Of a stretch of 64,000 nucleotides of DNA, positions 37,571 to 51,423 are shown piece after piece. Origin of the DNA: Octopus sinensis (Eukaryota); contig NC_043019.1 in NCBI RefSeq assembly GCF_006345805.1, forward strand, positions 28,581,360-28,645,359, written 5' to 3'. Position 1 is the first letter of the stretch. Each line of letters starts with the position of its first letter. Position numbers and translations under genes: made by a program. The notes below the pieces were generated by a model. That model saw nothing but the letters and a program-made list of their open reading frames with translations. It was not told the origin of the DNA and did not search any database.

Positions 37571-38745
37571 ATGACCAAGAGCATTGAGCAAAGATACTGT
37601 ATCAAATTCTGCCAAAAACTTGGTGATACGCAAGCCCAAACTATCAAGAAGATGCAGAAGGCTTTTGGAGATGATGCTATGGGAAAAGCACAAATAAAGG
37701 AGTGGTACAACCAGTTCAAAGTTGGCCGCACCTAAGTGGACAATGAGCCATGTTGTGGCAGACCATTGACTAACAGAAGTGACAAAATGATTGCAAAGGT
37801 TTGATGAATAGTCTATGAAAACTGTCGTGTGACTATTGAGGAGATTGTTGCTGAAGTTGGAATCAGCCATGGGTCAGTTCAATCAATTATAACAATAGAT
37901 TTGTGCATGAAGAGGGTGTTGGCCAAATTTGTACCAAAGTTGCTGTCTGACCAGCAGAAAGAAAACAAAGGAAATCTTGCAGGACATGCAGGAATGTGCT
38001 AGCCAAGATCAAAACTTCATGAACACTATCATAACTGGTGATGAGACATGGGTGTACGGCTATGACCCTGAAACAAAATTGCAATCATCCCGATGGAAGC
38101 ATCCATCCTTGCCAAGACCAAAGTAGACAGGTGCACAGCAATGTTAAACTGATGATGACCTGTTTTTTTGACTACAGAGGTATTGTGTACCACAAGGTCA
38201 AACATTTAACAAAGAATACTACCTGGGGGTTCATCATCACCTTTGCGAAGCTGTGCGGTGAAAACGACCTGACCTATGGGCAGTAAAGAACTGGAAACTC
38301 CACCATGATAACGCACCTGCTCATTGCCCCCACATCATCCAAGGATTCCTAGTCAAGCAAAACACACCACTTGTTCATCAAGCTTCCTACTCCACAGACC
38401 TGGCTCTATGTGACTTTTGGCTATTCCCAAAGCTCAAAAAAAACAAAGGACATTATGCAAAATTCAACAGTACAGCTCTACAGCATCCCAAAAAGTTATT
38501 TCCAGAAGTTAAGTTAATTTTTTGGCTCAAAAAGCAAAAAGCAAGGCCATGTAGGGGGACATGGAGTTATGTACAGGGAGGGTGTTCATGCAAAGAGTTC
38601 AGGCCATTTGTGGTCAAGGAAGACTTTAAACCGAGCGGTCGTCGGCATCTTCACTATCTCGTCCGGCAGCTTATTCCACAAGCAGTGGCAGGAATGCTGG
38701 CAGAAATGTATAGACTCCCAAGGCGAATACTTTGAAGGGGACTGA
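37571..38745 (+). pseudogene. Mariner transposase pseudogene
   Basis: MTKSIEQRYCIKFCQKLG; FVPKLL; IITGDETWVYGYDPETK; LHHDNAPAH; YSTDLALCDFWLFPKLK; WQKCIDSQGEYFEGD*. Several stops and frameshifts. Confidence 0.95.
38509..38680 (-). mobile_element. CR1/L2-type LINE 3' end nested in the mariner
   Basis: Minus frame WNKLPDEIVKMPTTARFKVFLDHKWPELFA* plus a short 3'UTR ending aattaacttaac. Confidence 0.8.
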
Positions 38746-41476
38746 ATCAAAATGGAGAGTTTTTTTAATATTACTTGTTTTTTGGCCAAAGGCCAGATAC
38801 TTTTTGCCTACATCTTATATGTATGTTTGTATGGATGGATAAATAGATGGATAGATAGGTAAATAGAAATAAATTGTGGGAAACACAATGTCAAATGACA
38901 TGAGACAATAGGTACATACAATTAGCACACAGGTCAAATTTGTGCCTAAACTCCAGTTTAAGTGCAGGGATGTGACAGCTAATTAAATGAAGACTGGTTG
39001 TGCGCAATGCACTGATTGAGCTGGTGTGTGCACAATGGAATAAAAGCATACACAGGTATCAGGCCAGATTTGCCATATTTATTCTTATACAACATGTAGA
39101 GAGGAACAAATACATAAATACATGTATTTGATTCTCTCTAAAAGTTGTGTGTGTCACAATCTGACCTGTTGCCTGTTGTCTGCCTGTTTATGGGTATAGC
39201 TTCTCTTTGGTTTGGGAAGATAGTTGTATAGATGAGAGGAAGGGAAGAAAAGGATGCTAAGATGTGTACCAGAAACAGGACACACCCCAGGAGCATCAAT
39301 ATTGCTAGGCAGCAGTAGAAGGGGTGACAGTTTCAGAGGCGCTTAAATCATTGCAATCACTTGTTACCATTGTTTTTACCATATTTTCTGGCATACAAAT
39401 CAATGTGGCATATGGCATTAACATCCAAAGATCACTACCATTCTAATCCTGTTGCATTTCGCATGAGATTTTTAATCCTCCAAAATCATCTTGGTGTGTA
39501 AGTTGACCTACTTTTATCAACTCTAAATTTTGGTCTGAAAAATTCAAATTGTATGCTGGAAAATACAGTATCAAATATATATAAGACAGAAGAGTGCAAT
39601 TTTAAAGAGATTTAGCTGCTATTTCTAACAGACCTAGTGGCTATGTAAAGGTTTCCTTCATTAGTTCATGCATACATAATTTTCCAGCATACAAGTCAAC
39701 ACAGTATGCAGTGTAAACATGTTGTGTAAACATTCAAACATCATTATCTTTCCAAATTCTGCTGCATTTTACATAGAATTTTTGGTCCCCCAAAGTTGTC
39801 TTGGTGCATAAGTCAACTTGCCATTTTTTGACTGCAAATTTTGGTCTGAAAAATTCTACTTGTATGCCAGAAAATATCGTATAACCACTTAGTCTGGAGG
39901 AAAGGAAAGGAAAGTATCTCTGGCCCATTACAAGGCCTCTGAGACTGGTGAGAGGTGAAAGGATGGTATCCTCAAACAAAAAACTTGTGATTCCCAACCA
40001 CATGGTTCCAGATTCAGTTCCACTGCATGGCACCTTGGGTAAGAGTTTTCTACTATAGCCTCATCCCAACCAAAACCTTGCGAGTGGATCTGGTAGAAGG
40101 AAACTGAAAGAAGCCCATCGTGTGCGTGTGTGTGTGTGTGTGCCTGTCTTTGTTCATCACCACCACCCCCATTTGACAACCAGTGATGTGCTTACATCCC
40201 TGTAACTTAGCTGTTCAGCATAAGAGATCAATGGAATAAGTACCTGACTTTAGGGTCAATTAGTTCCTCTAAAATTCTTCAAGGTGGTGGCTGCAGTCTA
40301 ATGACAAACAAAATTTACTTGGAAACAAATGAGGATTGGCGACAGAAAGGGCATCTGACCATAGAAAATCTGCCTCAACAAATTCCGTTTGACCCATGGA
40401 ATCTTGGAAAAGTGGACGCTAAAACGATGATGATACAGACAGACAGACAGATCTTAGCCTTGTTAACAAAGTAAAATCTACTTCGCTAAAAAGATCTAAT
40501 AAGACTGAAACACGCCCATTATTTCGACCAGCTGGCTTTAAAAATCAGTCCAGAGGTTTCGATATGCTGATCTTATTGAAAATAACCTGTTGCTTGTTTT
40601 GTAAATTTTAAACACTCTCCAAAGGGGGTTTTTGTTCGCGAATTGCATGGTTAATGGTAGTTAATGGAAATTTATCAACTCATCATATTACATGTGTAAC
40701 ACCCTACAATACTTGTTGAAGGGAATGTCCCGCTGCACAAGCTGTAGGTTAAAACGTTGCAATATGTTAATATTAATCTGATATCGGTGTGAAGTTTTAA
40801 AAAGAAAATGATTAATATTTTTACATTTAAAAGCCACTTGTAAATCATACACATCATTGCCGCAAACGTGTGTGCGTAGGAGAGAGAGAGAGACAGACAG
40901 AAAAAAAGCGAGGGAAACATAGACGTGTAGAAAAAGAGACAGAGAGGGAAATGTGGAGGAAAAAGAGAGAGAAAAACAAAGGATGGAAGGAGAGAGGAGC
41001 AGACAGAGATAGAAAAGAAAGCGTATACACGCGTGCGTGCTTGTCCTGCTTTAAAGCCATGTGCTGCTTTTATGCGCGACTCTTGTCATAAATGTCTTAA
41101 CATTGTGAATAATTTTATTTAAAAAAAACACACACCGATCCGTGTTTTATTATTGCTCAGGAGTTTTATGGCTGCGGAATATTCAACATTCCTTTCACTA
41201 GCTGTCGATAGGGTAGAGGTAGGAGCACAAAGACATCATCGGAACCTTCCCGTTGTGTCGCTCCCTCCAACGGTGCCGGGCAGCATCGATGCTACCAACG
41301 AATGTCTAGGAATGCCTAGGCAGGGTCTTCTGGCCCACAAGCATTTTTTCCCCCTTCCTCATCCGTGCAGCAACTACAAAACTACAAGAAGCTGCAACAA
41401 AACTACAAGAAGCTGCAACAAGTCAACAACTACCCCGCACCTTCCCTCTCTTTATGTATGTGTATATATATATATA

Positions 41477-41885
41477 TACTCTTTTACTCTTTTACTTGTT
41501 TCAATCATTTGACTGCGGCCATGCTGGAGCACCGCCTTTAATCGAGCAACTCGATCCCGGGACTTATTCTTTTGTAAGCCCAGTACTTATTCTATCGGTC
41601 TCTTTTGCCGAACCGCTAAGTAACGGGGACATAAACACACCAGCATCGGTTGTCAAGCAATGCTAGGGGGACAAACACAGACACACAAACACATACACAT
41701 ACATACATATATATACGACAGGCTTCTTTCAGTTTCCGTCTACCAAATCCACTCACAAGGCTTTGGTCGGCCCGAGGCTATAGTAGAAGACACTTGCCCA
41801 AGGTGTCACGCAGTGGGACTGAACCCGGAACCCGGAACCATGTGGTCGGTAAACAAGCTACTTACCACACAGCCACTCCTGCGCC
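41477..41885 (-). mobile_element. SINE family A, young
   Basis: Near consensus; 7-bp duplication gaacccggaacccggaacc near the B box. Confidence 0.9.
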
Positions 41886-42032
41886 TATATATATATATAT
41901 ATATAATCGTTAGGTCGACAAAATATGTCCTGTCTCGCCTATGGCTCATCGGGAACTATTTTTATTCACACTCAGATTTATCTGAATATTTTACTCCAAG
42001 TGGCTGGACAAGGCTTCTTTTTTGAATTTGTC

Positions 42033-42081
<49 letters not shown>

Positions 42082-43220
42082 TAGGCACAAGTAAAGAATA
42101 CGTACACCCCAGCATTTAGTAGTTAGGGTTAGGGTTTTTGTTACGCCGAAAACGGGTGGTGTATGTATTCTTTCCGCCTGTAAGTCGATTACATTGACTC
42201 CAATGTTAAACTGGTACTTTATTTTATCGACCTCGAAAGAAAGAAAGGCAAAGTCAGCCTCGACAGAATCTGAACTCAGAAAAACGTGATGCTGCAAAGC
42301 ATTTTGCCCGGAGCGGTAACGATTCTGCCAGCTCGCCACTATAGGCACAAGACCAGAAATTTATGGGAAACGGGGTTGGTCGACCATATCGAATACACAC
42401 ACAGAATAGACTCTCATCGATTTCCATGTATGAGTGATCAGTCGTTCGATCAACTTGACGACTTATTAGTCATCGAATTCGCGTGGGAAGTGATTGAGTA
42501 TTGATCAGACACGTGTACCCTAAGCGAAATTTTCAGCGTGATACAGTGTGACATGGTTGGCCCCTTTGAATTATAGATAAAAATGCGACCGACGAGGTTT
42601 CTTTTACGCAGTATCCATCTACTCAATTTTATTCACAAAGTTCGAGTAGGCTATGAGAAAAAATAAATAAAGGGAATATACAAAAGATGCCTAATAGTGG
42701 ATTCGAAACCAAGACCACATGGATGCGAAGCTATACTTGATACACATACAAATATCATAGCACATACATACATCAGATACGCGTGCATCAAAAGCGTACA
42801 TGAATACAATATATACATCAGGGGCATAGTCGCATTACATAAGCGGAGATATCAGAGTAAACGCTCGTCACATATAGTGTGTGTGTGTGTATCTGTGCGT
42901 GTGCACTGAGGGATCCTCCGTCGATTTACACAATGACCATTTTAGATTTTCAATGAACTTTAAATGCCTCATTGCTAAACTAACGTAACTACCTGACCGA
43001 GTATTCCGTTGACGTAATTCTCAGGCCAAATCAGCGTGACACGATATGTAACAACGCCGGACCTTTAAATTTTAGGTTACAGTTAGTTCAACCGACGGAC
43101 ATCCGTTCAATTTTCTCTCAACTCTAAATTTCAGTCACAAGGACTGGGTGGGTAAACACTCTATAGGCACCATAAGCACAGATATTATATATCACTCACA
43201 ACATTAATCATCATAAATAA

Positions 43221-43275
<55 letters not shown>

Positions 43276-44184
43276 TCCAAGGTCCAGACACTGCGGATAT
43301 CAGAGCACACACATACACACATATATATATACATATATATATACAGCCGAGGCACTTAAACCTATATTACATAAGTAGGCACACCTATCACACTGTATTA
43401 CACAGTGTGTGTATATGTATATATATATATATTATATATATATATATATATATAATATATATATATATATACATACAGGTTCGAGACAAGCGACTCACAG
43501 AAGTACTTGATATCACTCAGAGCATCATGTGTGTGTATATATACATATACATACATGATAGGTATACGCATTACATAAAAAGAAATATTACACAGTATAC
43601 TTATAGCCACAAATATACATACGCCAACACACATGACAAAGCGCACACACACACACACGCAGATACTCATCACAAACATTGTTATACATACATTACAAGG
43701 TACAAAACGTATCATATATGAACATATCACACACAAAACATATGTATACTCACAACTGACATACACCGGAGACATTTTTAATTAAGTTTTATGAAACAAT
43801 TTTATAGATAGAGAGATTACTAGCTTCATTTTTTTTTAAATTTTGGTTTTGTTACTACTAAAAGGCAACCCATCTTCCTCATATCTTTTCATTTTTCATG
43901 TCAGTATTCATATATAAGAGTATATTTTCTCATTAAAAGTTATACAACTATAATAACCTGTGTGTTACTTGCGACTAACGCTGGCTAGCTGGATGGATGT
44001 CGTTCTGTGGTTTGGTATAAATTATACAAGAAAAATAAAATTTTAGTGTCAGAATACATATACATGTATGTACGCATATATATATATATATATATACACC
44101 GGAGTAAACACATAAATGTGAAACAAGGTGGAAAAAAGTACTCAAATACCAGTGGTAGAGTAATATGCTTTATTTTAAGCTAGA

Positions 44185-44232
44185 AAAAACTGTCTGATGA
44201 ACGGCAACGAGAAACTCAGAGTAACAGATTTT
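44185..44232 (+). ncRNA. Minimal type I hammerhead ribozyme-like motif
   Basis: aaaactgt-CTGATGA-a cg gcaa cg a-GAAA-ctcagag-TA-acagatttt. Stem I has 4 bp, a mismatch, then 4 bp; GNRA-capped stem II; near-palindromic stem III; non-canonical A-A at 10.1/11.1. Confidence 0.6.
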
Positions 44233-44259
44233 GTTGAATTTTCTGCTGCTTTAAATAGA

Positions 44260-44295
<36 letters not shown>

Positions 44296-44925
44296 TTCAT
44301 CAGAGATGGTAACCTATTAGTAATTTCGCGTTCGTCTTGCCACTAATTAACTAACCACAAAGCGGTCATTTAGTAACAGTTATCGCAGGAAAGACAGAAG
44401 TTCCATGAAGATAGGAAGCAACAAAACAAGATAGCTGCTAGTCAGAAAACTTCAAGGTTAAGCGGAGAAAAAAGAATGAAGAAACAGGGAGAGAGAGAGA
44501 AAGAGAAAAAATTATTCTCATCGTTTTGGGCAGAGAAAGTTACATTGCTTTGACATTTTTCAAATGTCATCTCTATAGCAGCATATATTTTCACTTAATA
44601 AATACATAAACGGGCAATACATGAGAAAAGGTTCATTTATTTCACTGATGTTTTCATTTCCTAGATTCAAGATTTAATACACACACACACACAGAGGGAT
44701 TCGTACATTTACACTTACACAAATACACACACACATACACGTGCGTGCGTGTGGTTGTGTGTGTGTAAAGGATCTAAAAAGCTGGTGCGGTGTTTGTTAT
44801 AAAGGGAGGTCTTCGGGCTCAAAAAGAGACCCTGATTAAGCTAGCTACTGGGTCTCTTTTTGGTGACGATGTCAAGATAGGCACAAAAAAAGAAAAGCAA
44901 CAAAAGATAGAGCGAACCTACACAC

Positions 44926-44969
<44 letters not shown>

Positions 44970-45096
44970 ACTACATACATATATGTATGTAATGTATTTA
45001 TGTACGTGTATAGCGAGATAACTAGGCATGTGTGTGTGTGTCTAAAACAGGACTGTATTTCTGGGAACGACCATAAAAACCAACAGAAACCAAACA

Positions 45097-45139
<43 letters not shown>

Positions 45140-48100
45140 TACAAACATACACACATATATGTGCGTATGAGAAGAGAGAGAGAGCTGTTGCAGTTGTCAA
45201 AAGAAGAAAAAAAAACTCACATCGGAGTGAATAAATAAATTTAATAGAAATAAAATGGAATAAATAAAATAAGAGGAAGAAATTAAGAGAAGCTGCTATA
45301 TGGACGACGGACCGAAGAAGAAATAGAAAGTAAGATTTAAAAAAAAAAAGAGATATAGTGAAAGATTATATATTTGCGTTGTTGATGGAGAAGTGTGAGT
45401 TAAAAAGACAGCTTTAATATGATATATTATTATATTAGATTACAACATAGCATGGCATGGCATCGTAGCAGAAGCCGGTTGGGACGAATGCGGTGAACGT
45501 GGTGTTGGTGTATCTGGCATGAAAAAGCTTCTAGTCCATATAGAAGATTTGCTATATTATCACAAACATTTCAACATAGGGAGGGAACCGACAATATTTT
45601 GACAAAAGCGAAAAAGAAAAAAACAGGATCTATAACTAAAAAAGAGATTGTGTTAATTAAGATTATGGTGTGATATAAGTTGAAACGAATATATATTCTG
45701 TGCGATATAAAATTAATAAAACAACTAAACGCAACCCAACCCCAAGTTCAGTTTTCTAAGTGTTTGAAATAGGCTCCATGCTACTACAGAAAAAAAATTT
45801 TTTCGTGGGGAGGGAGCCCACCCACCTTTGTGGTTGCTCGTCATGTTAGAAATAACAGCCAAATCGCTCTCACGTAACATAATCTTACCGCCTTAAATAC
45901 GGGAAAGAGATTCGTTAGATAAAAATGTAGTGTTAAATGCACGATAAAAAGACAAGGATGGTTATTAATGGAATGGAATGCCTGTCGTCATAGGTCTGCT
46001 TAATCAGGATTGTCCTAGGGCTAAACAACAACAACAACAGCAATATCATGTATGCACAATTATTATCATTTTAGTCTTTAAAATGTTATGTCGACCTTCC
46101 AGATTTAAGCTCCGACTAACCAGACTTATAATCAACCCAACACATCTTTTCCCCGCTTTTTTTTTTTATAAGACATAGGGTGTGACTTTAAGGACACTGG
46201 CTGCCATTTCTAACAGGTCGAGCACCCGCACAGACGCTCCCTTAATGCGGTTAAGTTGGTCGCACAGTTACATATAATATACATACATACTATGTACGTG
46301 TATATTTAAAATGGAAAATGTAATTTACCTGAAAAATTTTTGTGTTCTTCAACTCGATTACCGTCTTTTTTTGTCTTTTTTTTTCCTCCTAAGCAATTCC
46401 GGGTAAACACAAAAAAAAAACTTAAGCAGCACTGTTAAGTGTGAAGAGATATAAGGAAAGATATATATTTATATATATATATATATGTATGTATGCGTAT
46501 ATATATATATATATATGTATGTATGCGTATATATATATATATATATATTTATAAAAATTTCCGTTTACATTTAAATTAAAAAAAAAGAAAGAGAGAAAGA
46601 TAGATAGATTAGAGAAAGTGTATGAATTTAGCGTTATTAGGAGAAAAGTAGTAGGTTGTAGAAGAGAAGGAAAGAGACTGCAAAAATAACGCTAACGATA
46701 GACCAGCAGAGCTCGCTGCTGCTGTTGCAACTACGATATTGCTACTACTATTATTACTAATAATACTATGATTAGCAGTAGTAGTAGTAGTAGTAGTAGA
46801 AGGAGTATACTACTACTACTACTACTATCAAAGGGGATGGACTGGGGAAAAGAAAAAAGGCAGTAGGATATACTACGCACACACACACACATACATACAT
46901 TCATACATAACCGCGCATACACCCATAAGTATGTTAGTGTATGTGTGTGTATTTGTATATATGTATTTATTTATCTATTTATCTATTTATTTATTTATTT
47001 ATTAAAGAAAGAATTGTATATATTTATGAGTATAGAAATATAAAAAGCATAGGCATGTTGAAAATAATCAGTATGACGTGAAGAAAAAAACTTGTGTGTA
47101 TATTTGAACTCGTGTGTATGTGTGTGTGTGTGTGTGTGTAGAATATGCTAACACTAATGTGTGTGTATGTATGAACCTAAGACAGACAGATAGATAGATA
47201 GATATATAGATAGATAGATAGACAAAATGAAAGAGAAAATAGAGTGATGAAGATATTAAAAAAAACTGACCAATTAAAGAAGAGAACGCCACGCGTGAAC
47301 TAGCCAATAAGGACGTCGGTTGTAATAGTTTGCCCAATTAAGTTAGATATGAACAATCAACGGGTGGTATCTGCCGCACATTGTGTCGATACCTGCGCTA
47401 CTACGTTTGTAAGCAGACAAACTCATTCATTAAAGTCTACAAAAAAAATAAAACTACTGTGGCCAAAGCAAGCTGCTGTTATTACTTTGTGTATTCTAAA
47501 CCAACCATATCATTTAAATTATGTTTATCGAAGTACTTAGTTCATACACCAGTGAATTAATATTCGTCATATATTTAATGAAGACTCATGTATGCAAGTA
47601 TGTATGTATTGAGTCACAGCTGGTCACGTTGATTAAGTGTATTGGACAATCGTTTGCGTCCTGTGCTGTGTCGCTTGACCAAGGCAACTCATTAGAGTTC
47701 TCACTGCTTCCATTTACATAGGTGTAAATAGATACTGATTAACATATGAAAGGAAATAACTATTTAATCAGCGGTGAAAGTGAATAGTGTATTGTATAAT
47801 TAACTGATGTTTTAGTAGGCTTGCAATATTGAATTCGACTCCAACTATAGACCATCTCTTGACAAAGAAGAATGGTATAAATCGCTCCAGCACATCGGGT
47901 ACTTTTAGATCAGAATATTTCGGTGTCTTAATCTGCTGTTTCATCGTATTACAAGCAAACATTCACCCGCCACTATCTAAGGGAATTATCCTACTTGCCT
48001 TTGAAGAATTCCATAAGACTAAACTGTCAGTCATGTAAGCTCCCGCTTAGCTGCGTCTGCGACTGATTTCAGTTCATTAAATGAAGTCATTTAATTTTTT

Positions 48101-48559
48101 ATACTTGCTAATGTCCTTGGGGAATGTATGAACGCTATATTATTATTACATTTTTTTTTTTTTTACTGCGAAAACGAAATTTTGCAGCTACCAAGAATTA
48201 GAAGGTAGAGTTTGTTGGAACGTATTTTACAAAATCACTTGCTTTCAACATTCGTTTATATTAATAAATCTACATCGTTTATACAACAAACTAACCAAAC
48301 TTGTTCGTCGAAAGCTTAGAAAGATTTCTGAAAAAAGTAAATTTTTCTGCCCCGAGTCGGCTCCTCAACGAGGCAAGTTGGAAGAGGCTTTGGGATGTGT
48401 TGGAACACACCAGTAGCTGTAGGACAATTCTAGAATCGGTATATCGGTATCAATTCGTGTGATGTATTTTTAACAGATGTCAACTAGGCATGATTGTCAC
48501 TTTGGTGTGTGTCACCAATAAAACAGATTTAATGATTCGTGTGTTTTATTTATTCTGGT

Positions 48560-49260
48560 TTACAGGTCGATAAATCAACAGAAAACACAAATTTCTGCTA
48601 ACAACGTTTAATCGTACGAAGCGGGTAAAATAAATACATCTTCACGTTCATATGTATATATTTCAGCAGCATCTGATATTGTGAATTTGGAACGCAAAAT
48701 CTTTGCACAGAATACGTTTCAGGATTATGGTAGTTATGTCACCATTTTCGTATATTTTATCGACCAATGCAACATAATAATGCACCTTTTTCTTTTCTGT
48801 GCGCAAATTCCTGCATTTGATGGTTTGCAGTTTGTTGACCGTCAGTTCGTTCTTCCTAATTCGATACAATGTCAGGAGAAACATTGTAGTCTTGCTATCA
48901 GCTTCCTGTGTAGAATCTTCAAAAAACTGCCTTGCAGCTGTTGGTTTCTTTTGTTTCTTGAATGATTTCATGGGTCTCTTCTCGGCTCATAACGGTTTGA
49001 GATTGCTCAGAAATATTCTTCCTGTTGTTCTCCCAGATTTTCTCCCACCTTTTTGTTTTCTTGAGTCAATTTTAGTGAAAGGTTTGAAATGCACTCGCGT
49101 TAAGAGACCTGTAGCAGTTGGTCCTGGCTGATTGATGTTGCAGCATTTTGCGTTAACGTAGCAAGTACAAAGAGAACACCGCCTTTTTTTTTCTCTCTTT
49201 TTGCCTGGTTTACAATCAACATGTGCCGCAAAATGCTTCGTTGAAGTGGAAAATTTTCTA
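48560..49260 (-). pseudogene. Probable pogo/DDE-type transposase C-terminal remnant
   Basis: Minus frames HFKPFTKIDSRKQKGGRKSGRT..., KKQKKPTAARQFFEDSTQEAD and KKKVHYYVALVDKIYENGDITTIILKR resemble C-termini of invertebrate pogo-like transposases. No catalytic core seen. Confidence 0.4.
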
Positions 49261-50438
49261 CAGTTATCCACCCTGAGTTATATGCCACACTGATATACCT
49301 ATTTCTTTATTACCCACAAGAGGCTAAACACAGAGGGGACAAACAAGGACAGACATAGGCATTAAGTCGATTACATCGACCCCAGTGTGTAACTGGTACT
49401 TAATTTATCGACCCCGAAAGGATGAAAGGCAAAGTCGACCTCGGCGGAATTTGAACTCACAACGTAACGCAGACGAAATACCGCTAAGCATTTCGCCCGG
49501 CGTGCTAACGTTTCTGCCAGTTCACCACCGTGGTACACCATGAAGAAAATGGTTCTCAAATGAATTCGAGAAAATACAAGTATAAGAGGAACAATGTTCC
49601 CTGTAGCACTGATTACACAATGTCCACGCTCTCTAGTGCTATGGCCCCAAACTATTTGTCCATTTTTCTTCAGCTATGATTATTCCTGGCCTCTACACTG
49701 TCGTACTTTCGTCGAGATTTCAAGCGTTACCTTGAGTGAAGCTATCTCTCCGAAGAACAGATTCATTCTTATTGAAAAAAGAGGGTCACGTTATGATGAC
49801 TAAAGTCTGTTGTGATCCAGGGATGAAACCTCATGTATCTTCAATGAAATGTTTTCATATTTCTTGAGAAAATGATGCAACCGATCTGGGCTTGCACGTT
49901 CATTCTTCATCCAAAGGAGTGATGTCTTCTAGTAAAGTCGACCCATATTTCAATGCTAGACTCCTGAACAACTTTTGAGTTTAGGTTCTACATGTTCTGG
50001 TGTACTTGTTATAGAGGAGTTAATTTAAGCATATTCCATGACCCCTTTCATCATGTTCAAACTTAACCCCTTGTAGTCGTGATTTTAACATATGCAGTGT
50101 ACTTCTCCCTTCCGATTACTTTCTACTAAACAATCAGCTCATAAAAGTAGTCATTGTTGACTTCAATATATACTAAACAATTTTATACGCTTGAAAAGCT
50201 TCTGCTTCGACTTGACACCGATATGACTGAAAGAGTACGTGGCTCACACAAGACAGCGGTGCAGTCTTCACCAGAATTTTAGTTTCTGCTGAGAAAGAGG
50301 GGTTTTAACTTAACCCACTCACTCAACTCTCCCTACAGTCTCTACCATCTTAACTACTATAGAATGTGGGTGAGCTACTTGCAACCTGAGCTCATGAATT
50401 TGTTTTCGATCCCCGAGTGTAATCTATTTCCAAACACA

Positions 50439-51065
50439 TTTTTTTTTTTAATATAAAGACTTTTAAAACAATTTATTTATACTTAAATATATACATAAGA
50501 GTGAAAAGAAGAAGAAAAAAACGAAAACAATTCACCACCTTAGGTTGAAAATTTGGGGGTGCTGGGAAACCTCTCTAATGACTTTTGAGGCACGCCAGCA
50601 GGCTTGCAGCGTTGCTGCGGGTGATGGCGAGGTCGATGTGCTGGAACAACCAAGCGCCCTCACGAGCTTCCCCAATTACCTCTGCTAGGCGAGCTGCCAG
50701 TGAAGACAGGAATCTCGCAGTCAGTGGTCCGACCCTACCAAACGTCTCAAACGCCACAGCATGGAAAATGTAGTTGACCGACAGATCGCGTTACTTCAGA
50801 ATTTTGTTCTGCTGTGGATCTCGCCCTGGCCGCAGCATCCAGGATGTGAGAAGCAAAGGAGTCGCTAACTGTGACGTCCCAGACAAGGCATCTGCCTCTC
50901 GACTAGGTGCACAAGGTGAGGCCGTCAGGTCTCTTCCCATCACATCTGGACAACCCAGATGGTTTGAAGATGGAGGGGATGTTTGCCAGGGCCAAGCTCC
51001 TCTTGAGTATAAGGTTTAACTGTGTGACGCACGAAGCGACCAGCCATTCAGGCGACAAGGTCATG
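50439..51065 (-). mobile_element. 5'-truncated CRE-like non-LTR element (restriction-like endonuclease domain)
   Basis: RH..LNLILKRSLALANIPS..PSGLSRCDGKRPDGLTL..*..GRCLVWDVTV...VAFETFGRVG...LFQHIDLAITRSNAASLL*, followed by a 3'UTR with AATAAA and poly(A) (T-run 50439-50449). Confidence 0.85.
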
Positions 51066-51423
51066 TTCAATTTTCTTTCCCTATAAAAACTCATTGAAAG
51101 TAAACTATTGTAAACGATATGCATATATTATACATTATAGATTACCAACTTGAGACAGAACAAGTTTTGGTGTAACATTAACCTCGCATGTATCGTGAAC
51201 CGCGCGAAACGATATGCTTGCTGAATGAAATTGCTAAAATAGATTATTCTAATTTGAAAAGGATGCATGGCAGACATTGCATTGTTGCAGTTTTTACCAC
51301 AGGTCAACCCTGATCGAGCAGACAAACCCATAAGCGAATGCATTTCAAGCAACATTATTACTGTCTTTGTATTTTCAGACGCGGTATATCTATTATATCC
51401 TTTATGTTTTAAGACGGTATTGT

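Larger units (their letters stand above)
37362..38818 (+). mobile_element. Full-length decayed mariner transposon
   Basis: TIRs TAtgaggtgtagtcaaaaagtatctgacc / ggccagatactttttgcctacatctTA, about 1.29 kb without the nested insert. Confidence 0.95.

Noticed and set aside
44295-44345. Minus-strand GAAA...TA...CTGATGA arrangement resembling a type II hammerhead
   Set aside because: Stem I does not pair and stem II is lost into (AT)n.
47349-47420. NNQRVVSAAHCVD resembles the trypsin His motif (QWVVSAAHC)
   Set aside because: No CGG upstream, an in-frame stop shortly before, no good splice sites, and no Asp/Ser motif exons nearby; treated as chance.
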